Positions 24,291-37,031 of a stretch of DNA of 64,000 nt are shown here, piece by piece (position 1 is the first letter of the stretch; every line of letters starts with the position of its first letter). The notes beneath the pieces were generated by a model. That model saw only the letters and a list, made by a program, of their open reading frames with translations, ran no database searches and was not told the origin of the DNA. The position numbers and the translations under genes are program-made. Source of the DNA: Mobula hypostoma (taxonomy: Eukaryota); NCBI RefSeq assembly GCF_963921235.1, contig NC_086097.1, positions 26,538,001-26,602,000 of the forward strand, written 5' to 3'.

Positions 24291-25124
24291 GCACAGTACA
24301 GGGCCTTTTGTCCTTCCATGTTCACCGTAAATGCATACTGGAAATAAATTTAATCGTTACGTTTGCACTGTATATTACAAACTTCTAATGAAAACTCAAT
24401 TTCCATTTACACAGAGATGATCTTGCTGTTCATAACAATGGCTTACACACTACAAATAAAATTCTGCCGTGCACTTTTCATTATAATGCGAATCTGGAGA
24501 AATGCTCAGCAGAGGGTGCAAAATGAGGTTTCAATCTTCACTTGGTACTATTGGTTCTGTGCTGTTTGTTTATGCATCTCTGAGAATGCAGTGCCATGCC
24601 TCAGGAATCAAGCGACTAGAGATCGGAGTACATCAGATTGCCTATCAAAGCACACAATATCTCAGGCTAACTTCAACACTAGTAAACAGCAACAGAAAAC
24701 AACCTCTGGAGACTTGGGCAAGATGAACAAATATCAGCGTTATCTTCCTGATTTAGCCTAGATTTTTACTTGTTCCAACAGTTGCCATCACACTTTTAAA
24801 TTAGATCATCAATCAAAATCCAAATCGAGAATCAACAAAGAAATCTAATACATTACTAAGTTTAAACAGTCAAGCATTTCTGCAGGGAGATAGGCATGGC
24901 GGTCAGCATATGTAGAGGGCCAAGGGGCAGATTTCTATGCTACATGACATGGTGACACCACTATTACCCTCTAAATATTGTGAACATGAATATTTTCTCC
25001 CTCCACTGATATCACCTAGCCTGCTGAGTACCTCCAGAACGTTTCCATTTTGAACAAGGAAATTGCTGAGCATGCCAACTTCAAGACTGGTTACCAATAG
25101 TACTAACAAATTTAATCATTTCGC

Positions 25125-25380
25125 GACTAATTTAATCGGGAACATAAGGGGGAATTTCTTCACTCAGGGTGGTGCAAGTCTGGAACAAGTTGCGAGCGGA
25201 AGAGGTGGATGTGGGTTCGATTCAACATTTAAGAGGAATCTGACAGGTACATGAATGGGAGGGGTATGGAGGACAATGCTCTGGGTGCAGGTCGATGGGA
25301 CTAGACAGATTAATAGCTGAGCACAGACTGGATGGGTCAAAGGGCCAGTTTCTGTGCTGTAGCATTCTATTACTCTATCA
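25125..25380 (+). mobile_element. CR1 3' end
   Basis: GNIRGNFFTQ motif and CR1 3' UTR. Confidence 0.78.
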
Positions 25381-26038
25381 CTCCGACGACTGGTATCAGA
25401 AGCACAGCAACACTTGTGGGCTGCTCAGCAAACTCCTAGTTGATTTGACGTAAATGACATCTTTTACTGTATGTTTCAGTGCGTGTGACAAATAAAGCTA
25501 ATCAGTCAATCAATCTAATAAGTGGTTGACGGAGCCATTTGCCATTAGGTAATTATCTCAGAAAGCTATTTGTCCAAGTAATTTATCCTTAGTCACCAGT
25601 ACTTACTAGAAATGAGAGTATGAGTTACTGGTAATTCTTACCTCCAGCGTACTCAGTTTAACTTGGTTTATTATTGTCACATGTACTGACATTACAGAGA
25701 TCCAAGATGGCACTGGCAATATATGGCGATGTTATGCGGGTAACTCACAGACTACTAAATATACATCTTCCGAACTGTTATCTCTGTAATCTGCAGCCTG
25801 TAATTTGCCTTTCAGAAACACACTTTTAAACCATAAATACACTAGCAATTTTATGCAATGTTATTTATTCATTTATTATTGGCACAATTTGTCCCCTTTT
25901 GCAGACTGGATATTCATCAGTCTTTGCTACGCGTGTACGACAAACACGAGGAAATCTGCAGATGCTGGAATTTCAAGCAACACACATAAAAGTTGCTGGT
26001 GAACACAGCAGGCCAGGCAGCATCTCCAGGAAGAGGCA

Positions 26039-26075
26039 CAGTCGACATTTCAGGCCGAGACCCTTCGTCAGAACT
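26039..26075 (-). ncRNA. Minimal hammerhead ribozyme motif in Penelope tail
   Basis: Minus strand AGTT-CTGACGA-AGGGT.CTCG.GCCT-GAAA-TGTC-GACTG. Confidence 0.7.
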
Positions 26076-26289
26076 AACTGAAAGAAGAGTTAGTAAGAGA
26101 TTTGAAAGTGGGAGGGGGAGATCCAAAATGATAGGAGAAGACAGGAGGGGGAGGGATGGAGCCAAGAGCTGGACAGGTGATTGGCAAAAGGAATATGAGA
26201 GGATCATGGGAAGGGAGACCCAGGGAGAAAGAAAGGGGGAGGGGGGAAGCCCAGAGGATGGGCAGAGGGAGAAAAAGGAGGGGGGGGGA

Positions 26290-26336
26290 AGAGAGAGAGA
26301 GAGAGAGAGAAAGAATATATATATATATATATATAT
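26290..26336. repeat. (GA)n/(TA)n compound microsatellite inside Penelope UTR
   Basis: Direct observation. Confidence 0.95.
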
Positions 26337-27606
26337 AAAATAAATAAATAACGGATGGGGTACGAGGGGGAGGTGGGGCATTAATGGAAGTTAGAGAAGT
26401 CAATATTCATGCCATCAGGTTGGAGGCCACTCAGACGGAATATAAGGTGTTGTTTCTCCAACCTGAGTGTGGCCTCATCTTCACAGTAGAGGAGGCTGTG
26501 GATAGACATGTCAGAATGGGAATGGGATGTGGAATTAAAATGTGTGGCCACTGGGAGATCCTGCTTTCTCTGGTGGACAGAGCTTAGGTGTTCAGCAAAA
26601 CGGTCTCCCAACCTGCGTCGGGTCTCGCCAATATATAGAAGGCCACATCGGGAGCACTGGACGCAGTATATCACCCCAGCCGACTCACAGGTGAAGTGTT
26701 GCCTCACCTGGAAGGACTGTTTGGGGCCCGGAATGGTGGTGAGGGAGGAAGTGTAAGGGCATGTGTAGCACTTGTTCCGCTTGCAAGGATAAGTGCCGGG
26801 AGGGAGATTGGTGGGAAGGGATGGGGGGGGACGAATGGACAAGGAAGTCGCATAGGGAGCGATCCCTGCGGAAAGCAGAAGGGGGGGGAGGGAAAGATAT
26901 GCTTAGCGGTGGGACCTGGAGGAAGTAGAAGGAAGGGAAGCCCCTTTCTTTAAAAAAGGAGACCGTCTCCTTCGTCCTGGAATGAAAAGCCTTATCTTGA
27001 GAGCAGATGTGGTGGAGACGGAGGAATTGCGAGAAGGGGAAGGCATTTTTGCAAGAGACAGGGTGAGAAGGGGAATAGTCCAGATAGCTGTGAGAGTCCG
27101 TAGGCTTATAGTAGACATCAGATAAACTGTCTCCAGAGATAGAGACAGAAAGATCAAGAAAGGGGAGGGAGGTGTCGGAAATGGACCAGGTAAACTTGAG
27201 GGCAGGGTGAAAGTCGGACGCAAAGTTAATGAAGTCAATGAGCTCAGCATGCGTGCAGGAAGCAGCGCCAATGCAGTCGTCGATGTAGCAAAGGAAAAGT
27301 GGGGAACAGATACCAGTATAGGTTTGGAACATGGATTGTTCCACGAAGCCAACAAAAAGGCAGGCAGAGCTGGGACCCATACGGGTGCCCATGGCTACTC
27401 CTTTAGTTTGGAGAACATTGCTACGCATGTTTTTTTTAATATAAACTCTATTGTGCTTTTTACTTTCTTGAAAATGCCTATAAGAAAATTATTCTCAAAG
27501 TAGCTTATGATGACAAGTGCATACTTGGATAACAAATTTAATCTGATTATGTTGGAAGGTGGGACATAGCACGGGAGAGATGAATATAATGTCGACAATC
27601 AATATT

Positions 27607-28100
27607 ACTGGGTGCGTTTAGAACTTTCTACAGGGGCACAATTGAGAGCATCCCGACTGGCTGCATCACTGCTTGGTATGGGAACTGTGCCTCCGTGAAT
27701 TGCAGGACTCTGCAGAGAGTGGTGCGGATAGCCCAGTACATCTGTAGTTGTGAACTTCCCATGATTCAGGCCATTTACAGAGACAGGTGTGTAAAAATGG
27801 ACCATAGGATCACTGGGGACCCAAGTCACCCCAACCACAGTCTATTCCAGCTGCTACCATCCGGGAAACGGTACCACTGCATAAAACCCAGGACCAACAG
27901 GCTCTGGGACAGCTTCTTCCACCAGGCCATCAGACTGATGAACTCACGCTGATTTGAGTGTACTCTATATTACATTGACTGTTCTATTTATTATAAATTA
28001 CTATGATTGCACATCGCACATTTAGATGGAGACGTAATGTAAAGATTTTTACTCCTCATATATATATATATGAGGGATGTAAGAAATAAAGTCAATTCAA
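27607..28100 (+). mobile_element. Rex1/Babar LINE 3' fragment
   Basis: ITAWYGNC..LQRVVRIAQYI..DPSHPNHSLFQLLPSGKRY..TNRLWDSFFHQAIRLMNS; AATAAAGTCAATTCAAT tail. Confidence 0.88.
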
Positions 28101-29269
28101 TATTAATAAGCAAAATTCTCCCATTTAGTTTCATTAAGCTTCACATACACAGCACTGGCATCAACAATGCACAGTTCTGCACTACTTATTTAATTTAACA
28201 TATATATATACACATACACACTGTATTACTGCACAAAACAACAGATTTCACGACACATGCGAGTGATATTAAATTTTATTCTGAATTCTGTTTCTCAATA
28301 CGTGTTATGCACTTGGTCCTCTAAAGCTAGAAAGATCATTTGAAAACTGTGGACCACTCTGCTTAACAATTTGCACTTATTAGAGAAACCTCCAACCTTT
28401 CCCTCCCGACAAGGTTGCTTAGCAACTAACAAGCTTCTTCTACATGACCGCATATGGCATTGAACTAGATCTACTGTATGCATACACTATATACAGTACA
28501 TGCTGCTGAAAATATAAATTTCATATCTATTTTCAGATGTTTACTCCTACTCATACAGTACATACCTGGTCACCTCAATAGCTTCAACATAAAGAAATTG
28601 GCAGCCCGTGTGTGCGTGAAGGGGTGGGTGGGTGAAAAGGGTCTTGTTTTTGTTGTTTTGTTTAGTTCTGTTGTTGTTATGTTGCTGCTCGTATTGTTCT
28701 TTGTCGCGTGTTGCTGTTGAGTTGAACATCGTGGGCATGCTAGTGTGGCGTCACTAGTGGGCTGCGCCCAGCACATCCTTACGTGCATTAGTTATTAACA
28801 GAAACAACGCATTCCACAGAATGTTTTGATGTATGTGATAAATCCATATCTAAATTAGGTGAAAAATATTTACAGTCAAGAGGTTAATTATGTTTAAGAA
28901 CATTATTGGCAGTTTTAGGGAAGAATTTATTTATATTATATAGAATTACTCTTAAAAAAGCTTTGGGAATTTAAATGTAGACTGTACACTATTTGATCAT
29001 CTGAAATTTGGACATTTTCTAATATCTTCACTGAAGATCCAAGGTGACACTCACACATCATTAAGCTTTCACAACTTGTACTGTCATTCATTCAAATCGT
29101 CAGACAGACATCTTATTCCATTCAGCTTTTAATCCCGATCTTTCACAATTATTCAAAGGATTTTAAACCCCAATTCTAAATATCCATAACTATGCTTTTA
29201 AAGCTAACTATGGTGAAGGATCACAGATCAACTTTATTTGCTTTAGACATTTTCATGTATTAGGAACTT

Positions 29270-30682
29270 GGTTGGAGCAGAATTAGGCCATTTGGCCCAT
29301 CAAGTCTGCTCCACCATTCCACCACAAAGGATTTATTAACTCCCTCAACCTCATTTCTTGCCTTTGCCCCACAAATTTTGACATCCTTACTAATCTAGAA
29401 CCTATCAACCTCTGCTTTAAATATACACAATAACTTGACCTCCACAGCCATCTGTGGCAATGAATTCCACAGATTCACCACCCCCAGCTAAAGTAATTCC
29501 TCCTCATCATCTCTGTCTAAAGGGACATCCTTCTATTCTGAGGCTGTGCCCTCTGATCCTAGACTCCCCCGCTATAGGAAACATCCTCTCCACATCCACT
29601 CTATCTAGGTCTTTCAATATTTGACAGATTTCAATGAGATTCCCCCTGTTCCCCACCTCTCCACCACCCCATTCTTCTAAAATCCATCAAGTACAGTCCC
29701 AGAGCTATCAAACACTCCTCATACAATAACCCTTTCATTCTGTGAATCATTCTCATGCACCTCCTCTGGACCCTCTCCATTGCCAGCTCACCTTTTCCTA
29801 GATAGGGTGTCCAAAACGGCTTACAGTACTATAAGTGCAGTCTGATCAATGTATTTTAAAGCCTCAGCACTGCATTCTTGCTTTTATATTCTAGTCCTCT
29901 TGAAATAAATACAAATCTTGTATTTGTCTTTCCTACCACTAACACAACTTGCAAGTTAACCTTCAGAGAATCCTGCATGGAATCCTGCACAAATACTCCC
30001 CACTGCCTTTGCACCTCTGATTTCTGAAATTTCCCCCATTCAGAAAATAGTCTACTCTTTTATTCCTTCTACCCAAGTGCATGATCATACACTTCGCAAC
30101 ACTATATTCCATCTATCACCTTTTGCCTATTCTCCCAATCTATCTTCGTCCTTCTGCAGACTTACTAGTTCTTCAATACTACCTGCTTCTCCACTCATCT
30201 TTGTATCATTTGCAAACTTGGCCACAAAGCCATCAATTCCTTCATCCAAATCATTGACATATAACGTGAAAAGCAGTCCCAACACTGCGGAACACCACTA
30301 GTCACCAGCCAACCAGAAAAGGTTCCCTTTATTCCCACTCTTTGCCTCCTGCCAGTCAGCCAGACTTCTATCCATGCTAGTATCTTTCCTGTAATACCAT
30401 GGGCTCTTATCTTTGTTTAGTAGCCTCATGTGCAGCATCTTGTCAAAAGCCTTCTGAAAATCCAAGTAAACGACATCTACTGACTCTCCTTTGTCTATCT
30501 TGGCTGTTATTTCTTCAAAGAACTCCAACAAATTTGTCCAGCAAGATTTCCTCTTAAGGAAACTATGCTGACTTTGGCCTATTTTATCAACTGCCTTAAG
30601 GTATCCCAAATTCTCATCCTTAATAATGGACTCTAACATCTTTCCAACCACTGAAGTCGGGCTAACTGGCCTATAATTTCCT
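29270..30682 (-). mobile_element. CR1 LINE, degraded RT to 3' UTR
   Basis: NYRPVS..VGKMLESIIKD..SQHSFLKRKSCWTNLLEFFE..DVVYLDFQKAFDK. Confidence 0.92.
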
Positions 30683-31504
30683 TAAGCATATAATACTTTA
30701 TTGTTAATATAATTATTCTTTTATATCATTTGTTATTCTTGATATTCCTGATAGATAGATTATATATACATCTACACATATAATCTATGTGTAAAATTAG
30801 AGATTAAAGGACAGATATGGAATAAAATATGCATAATTAAATAAGTTTAGCAAAGTATATTCTTTGGACAAGATAAATCCAGTAATACAAACACAGATTC
30901 CATTATTCGGCAGCCTCTATATTTGCACCTTGACTTTCAAGAATCTAAATGCAAAAAAATTTGCCAAGAATCGAAATGCAAAAAAAAAACCTGAAATTAT
31001 ATCATGGAAAATGTGAATGTGAAAAGTGGGATGGGATTTACTAAAGACAGAGAATTTTCTGATAAAATGCATGATTAGGTTCGGTTAACATCCTCAATAC
31101 TTTGAGACAATGATGAGATTAATATTTTATACTCCATTTCCTTTAGTTTCTCTCAAAGATTAGAAAACAATACTACCTCTCTTACAATGTTTTATTTCAC
31201 ACAATATGGCAGGTTTTTTTCAGCAATCTTTCATGTAACTAACTCAATTGTAAGTAAAAAGTCACACTGCAAATCAGAATCATCACAGCACACATGCAAA
31301 TAGAAAAATACTGAGCCTGAAGTTATGAAAAAAATTAAGTTTTTGCACATTTCTAATTGTCAAATTCTATTAATTCTCTCTTCATACTGATTTGTATTCC
31401 TTCACCAACATTCACCTCCTTGTTATTTTCTATAATGCACCCTCTATTAGTCTCTTGAATCAGTTTTTCTCATTCATGTTGTTTTCCAGCTCTGATAAAT
31501 ACAT

Positions 31505-31695
31505 TAAACAAGAGATTTGCAGATGCCAGAAATCTTGACTAACACACAACACGCTGAGGGAGCTCAGGCCAGGCAGCATCTGCAGAGGGGAATAAAGAGT
31601 TGATGCTTCAGGCTGGTTGGGTAGGGGAGGGGGTGAAGTGAGAAGATGGGAGATGATAATTGGAAGAGGTAAAGGGCTGAAGAAGAAGGAAACTG
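31505..31695 (-). mobile_element. Penelope-like tail remnant
   Basis: AACAAGAGATTTGCAGATGCC..CAGGCCAGGCAGCATCTG. Confidence 0.7.
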
Positions 31696-32324
31696 CTCTC
31701 AATACTTCCAAGAATCAGCTGAACCCAGGTTGTAAATTCCAAGGCTTAAAAAATCTAAACTCTCAATTAACATAGCTTTAAAGTACTACAACACCATCAG
31801 ATATGACATCTTCTGAATGAAATTTTAAACCGCTGATCCATTTCTGCATTCAGGTGTTTTTAAGAGTGGAACAGGGTTGTCCAAAGTGCAGCAGGGCTTT
31901 TAATTAACTGCAGCAAAAATAAATTAATTGATTGTTCAATTTAGTTGTTTGTGGAGTGTCACTGGGTGCAAATTGGTTGTCGCAATAGACTATGCAATTA
32001 GAGTGAATTGAAAAGTAATTGAATGTTAAATTATTTGGAATGTCATTAAGACACAAGAATTAGGAGCAGAAGTATACTATATTATTGCCCCTTGAGCCTG
32101 CATTCAATAACATCACGATTGATTTGAAAGTACTCAGCTCCAGTTTTCTGCCTATTCATATTAACCTCCAGAAGTCCGATAATCTGTTTATTTTGTATCT
32201 CTGTTCTACTGTGAATGCCTGCAAGTAAATATTTCGACAATAAATTTACTATCAACTTTTTGAAATTTGAATATGTATTATTTGGTGACTCACGCCTCTG
32301 CAGCTCTTTGAGGCATAAAATTCC

Positions 32325-32721
32325 ACAGATTCGAGTTCTCAGTATTCTCAAGACGGAGGGTGAGCAGCCGGATGTCATAGTCCATGTAGGGACCAATGAC
32401 GTGGGTAGGAAGAGTGAGGATGTCCTGAAAGGTGAGTGCAGGGAGTTAGGCGCCAAGTTAAAGGACAGGACCTCCAGGATAGCAATCTCAGGATTGCTAC
32501 CAGTGCCACATGCAAGCGGGTGTAGAAATAGTAAGATCGCACAGATCAACACGTGGCTGAAGACCTGGTGCAGGAGGGAGGGCTTCAGATTTATAGATAA
32601 TTGGGCAGTTTTCCAGGGAAGGTGGGACCTGTTCTGGCAGGATGGTTTACATCTGAACTGGAGGGGGACAAATATTCTTGCAGGTAGGTTTGCTACAGAG
32701 GCTCCAGTGGATTTAAACTAG
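32325..32721 (+). pseudogene. CR1 ORF1 C-terminal SGNH/GDSL esterase domain (5'-truncated)
   Basis: Block III GTND and block V DGLH motifs in an open frame; catalytic Ser block lost by truncation. Confidence 0.85.
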
Positions 32722-34993
32722 ATACAAGGGGTGAGGGGAACCAGAGTGTAGGAACAGATGTAGGGGAGAAGGAAGAAAAAGAAAATAGTAAAGTTGTTTG
32801 CACCGTTAGTGATAACAAGAGGTGGAAAATTTCTTAAATGCATTTATTTTAATGCTAGGAGCATTATAAGAAAGGTGGATGAGCTTAAAGCATGGACTGA
32901 TACCTGGAAGTATGATGTGGTAGCTACTAGTGAAACATGGTTACAGGAGGGGTGTGCTTGGCAACTAAATATTCTTTGATTTAATTGCTTCAGGTGTGAC
33001 AGAATCGGAGGGATAAGAGGGAAAGGTGTTGCACTACTTGTCAGAGAAAATGTTACAGCGGTGCTCTGGCAGGATAGATTAGAGGGCTCACCTAGGGAGG
33101 CTATTTGGGTGGAATTGAGGAATGGGAAAGGTGTAGTAACACTTACGGGGGTGTATTATAGACCACCAAATAGGGAGCAAGAATTGGAGGAGCAAATTTG
33201 TAAGGAGAAAGCAGATATTTGTAGTAAGCACAAGGTTGTGATCGTGGGAGATTTTAATTTTCCACACATAGAATGGGAAGCCCATACTGTAAAAGGGCTG
33301 TATGGTTTGAAGTTTGTAAAATGTGTGCAGGGTAGTTTCTTGCAGCAATACATAGAGGTACCAACTAGAGAAGGGGCAGTGTTGGATTTCCTGTTAGGGA
33401 ATAAGATAAGTAAAGTGACGGAGGTTTGTGTTGGGGAGCACTTCGAGTCTGGTGATCACAATGCTTCAATATAATTATGGAGAAGGATAGGTCTGGACCC
33501 AGGGTTGAGATTTTTGATTGGAGAAAGGCTAACTTTGAGGAGATGCGAAAGGACTTAGAAGGAGTGGATTGGGACAAATTCTTTTTATGGGAAGGATGTA
33601 ATAGAGAAATGGAGGTCATTTAAAGGTGAAATTTTGAGGGTACAGAATCTTTTTGTTCCTGTTAGGTTGAAAAGAAAGGTTAAAAGTTTGAGAGAGCCAT
33701 GGTTTTCAAGGGATATTGGAAACTTGGTTCAGAAAAAGAGAGATATCTACAATAAATATAGGCAGCATGGAGTCAATGAGGTGCTCGAGGAATATAAAGA
33801 ATGTAAAAAGAACCTTAAGAAAGAAATTAGAAAAGCTAAAAGAAGATATAAGGTTGCTTTGGCAAGTAAGGTGAAAATAAATCCCAAGGGTTCCTACAGT
33901 TATATTAACAGTAAAAGGATAGTGAGGGATAAAATTGGTCCCTTAGAGAATCAAGAGTGGACAGCTATGTGTGGAGCCAAAAGAGATGGGGGAGATTCTG
34001 AACAATTTCTTTTCTTCGGTATTTACTACGGAGAAGGATATTGAATTGTATAAGATAAGGGAAACAGGTAGGGAAGTTTGGAAACTATGATGATTAAAGA
34101 AGAGGTGGATAATGAAGTAGGTTTTCAAAGCTTGCAGAGAGATTTAGGCCAGTTAGAAGAGAGGACTGAAAGATGGCAGATGGAGTTTAATGCTGATAAG
34201 TTTGAGGTGCTACATTTTGGTAGGACTTATCAAAATAGGACATACATGGTAAATGGTAGGGCACTGAAGAATGCAGTAGAACAGAAGGATCTCGGAATAA
34301 TGGTTCATAGTTCGCTGAAGGTGAAATCTCATGTGGATAGGGTGGTGAAGAAAGCTTTTGGTATGCTGGCCATTATAAATCAGAGCATTGAGTACAGGAG
34401 TTGGGATCTAATGTTGAAATTGTACAAGGCATTAGTGAGGCCAAATTTGGAGTATTGTGTACAGTTTTGGTCACCGTATTATAGGAAAGATGTCAACAAA
34501 ACAGAGAGAGTACGGAGAAGATTTACTGGAATGTTACCTGGGTTTCATCACCTAAGTTACAGAGAAAGGTTGAACAAGTTGGGTCTTTATTCTTTGGAAC
34601 GTAGAAGGTTGAGGGGGGACTTGATAGAGGTATTTAAAATTATGAGAGGGATAGATAGAGTTGACGTGGATAGGCTTTTTCCATTGAGAGTGGGGGAGAT
34701 TTAAACAAGAGGACATGAGTTGAGAGTTAAAAGGCAAAAGTTTAGGGGTAACATGAGGGCGAATTTCTTTACTGAGAGAGTAGTAGCTGTGTGGAACAAG
34801 CTTCCAGCAGAAGTGGGTGAGGCAGGTTCAATGTTGTCGTTTAAATTTAAATTGGACAGCTATATGGACAGGAAAGGTATGGAGGGTTATGGGCTGAGTG
34901 CAGGTCAGTGGGACTAGGTGAGAGTAAGAGTTTGGCACGGACTAGAAGGGCCGAGATGGCCTGTTTCTATGCTGTAATTGTTATATGGTTATA
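32325..34993 (+). mobile_element. CR1 LINE with ORF1 esterase remnant, APE endonuclease, deleted RT core and 3' UTR
   Basis: ORF1 VIVHVGTNDV..DGLHLN; ORF2 CIYFNARSI..SETWL..YYRPP..VIVGDFNFP..DHN; RT core missing at about 34105. Confidence 0.95.
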
Positions 34994-35492
34994 TTTGCAA
35001 TCAAGTGAGAAGAAATTCTTCCTCATTCTGTCATTTTTTACTTTTAAAAATCTATTCAATATACGTAATTGATTTACTTGTTTATTTATTATGTTTATTT
35101 TATTTATTATTTTTTTCTCTCTCTGCTAGATTATATATTGCATTGAACTGCTGTTGCTAAGTTAAGAAATTTCACATCACATGCCGATGATAATAAACCT
35201 GATTCTGATTCTGATTCTTAAATCTCTTACCTTGTCCCCTGGTTCCAGATTCACCCAAAGAGGGAAATGAGGATTCTCTCAGCAGTTTTCCTGTCAGCCT
35301 TCCTCAATCTCAATCTCTCATTCTTCTAAACTCCACCTGTTCAACTCATACTGGAAATCAATCCGAGTGACTTACTATAACTGCTTCTAATTTAAGTTTT
35401 TCCATCCTTTAAATAAGGAGCCCAAACCTGTAAGCAGTATTCCAGCATAATTCTTCAAATTACTGGAATGACTTTCTTAGATATCTTAAGAG

Positions 35493-35720
35493 ATGCAGCA
35501 CAGAAGAGGCTTTTCCGGGCCTTTGAGCCACGTCACCAGCAACTCACCAATTTAAACCTAGCCTAATCACTGGACAATTTACAATAACCAATTGACCTAC
35601 TAACTGGTACATCTTTGGACTGTGGAAGGAAACTGGAGGACCCTCCAGTTCACGTACAACCTCCTTGCAGATGACATCAGAATTGAACTCTGACACCTAA
35701 GCTACAATAGCACCATGCAC
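35493..35720 (-). mobile_element. V-domain tRNA SINE, degraded
   Basis: Same family as 5685-5955 (CCTAGCCTAATCAC..GGACAATTTACAAT..TTTGGACTGTGG). Confidence 0.8.
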
Positions 35721-36777
35721 TTAATTGTACAATTTTCTAAAAAGATCTTACACCAACATTCCTTCACCTAAAAGAATCCACATCATAATCTTTACCTTCA
35801 ATAGAAATTTCCAGAAAAGCCATATACTTTAGGTTAAATCATCAAAATGGCTCTTCATATAGAAAAAAAACTTTCATTTTCACATATGCTATTTAAATTC
35901 CTAAAGCAAATAATCAACTGTAAATTAGTTCTTTACAATATTCCAAACAGTAATCAGGAAAAATATCAAACTTTTCTAATCATATCCATTAATAATTGCT
36001 AGACAGTCTCAAGAATCAGTAATTTTTAAGAATATTTCTTCGCATGTGTCAATCTTTGCTTAAGACTAGAGGGAAAGTTGGGAGGTTAGTAACTTAATGT
36101 TTGAAGGTTAATTATTTATAATTGTTACATTACTAAACTATTTATGTCTATCCTGCCTTCCTACATATGAAGTTTTTGAATCTTGTTCCATTTTCTTCCT
36201 TCTTTAAGTAAAATTTTAAAATACAGAGGTATTGGATAAGGATTTGCATAAGTGATGCTCTTAAATAGTCAGGTCCAAAATTTGACTTTACTGGAGAAGT
36301 TGGTGAAATTAAACACAAACATGAGAAAGCTGGGATAACAGAGGTTTTATTTTATGTTAAAAAGGAAGTTCAGAGACCAATCAACCTGCAATGAAAACAA
36401 AATTTGAAACAAAAATAAAAAATACTGGAAGCACTCAGCAGATCAGGCAGAGAAACAGAGTTGCAATTTGGGCTCAAAATCTTTCATCAGGACTGGAAGT
36501 GAGAAAACAAGTTATTATTAAATGGCAGAATTGACAGTGAAATTGAATAGGAAAAGGGGTACCTCATGAACAATGAGGAAAGGTTAGTAGACCTGGTTGA
36601 GGGAATACTGAGGGCAGTTAGAAAAAAATTAAGCAGAAGAGACATAAAATTCAAGTTAGGGTACTGCACAGAAGTGAGTCAAAAAGTAAAACACTGAAAT
36701 TGTCCAAAAGACCAGGAAGAGTCTGTGGAAAGAGGAACACAGAGCTACATTACAGATTGATGATATACACCATAACG

Positions 36778-36857
36778 CAGGGGTTCCCATCCTAGGGTCC
36801 ATGGACCACTCAGTTAATGGTAAGGCTTCAGGGCATTAAAAAGGTTGGGAACCCCTG
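36778..36857. mobile_element. 80-bp hAT (Charlie-like) MITE
   Basis: TIRs CAGGGGTTCCCA.CCT / AGGTTGGGAACCCCTG; 8-bp TSD CCATAACG / CCATAACA. Confidence 0.85.
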
Positions 36858-37031
36858 CCATAACAGGTCTCCATTGTTTCCAGTATTTTCTGCTTTTCTT
36901 GCAGATTCCAGGGATGTTTTATTGTTTTTAATTACTTGCTCTTTCCAATCTTTAAATATAAAGATTGTGCAACTAAAATTCCAACAAAAATCAAATGAGA
37001 CTTTACAGCTCAAACCAAATGAAAATGAGGT

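Larger units (their letters stand above)
25940..27412 (-). mobile_element. Penelope-like element (Neptune-type): RT plus GIY-YIG endonuclease, 5'-truncated with internal deletion
   Basis: QTKGVAMGTRMGPS..YIDDCIG..LPFLDL..VYYKPTDSHSYLDY; Cys linker PCKRNKCYTC; VIYCVQCSRCGLLYIGETRRRLGDRFAEH. Confidence 0.95.

Noticed and set aside
24363..24761. 132-aa ORF in unique sequence
   Set aside because: Non-ATG start, no recognisable domain, no convincing splice signals.
32215..32324. N-terminal extension of the 168-aa esterase ORF as a domesticated gene
   Set aside because: The first roughly 36 codons are flanking repeat or unique DNA fused by chance; the catalytic Ser block is missing.
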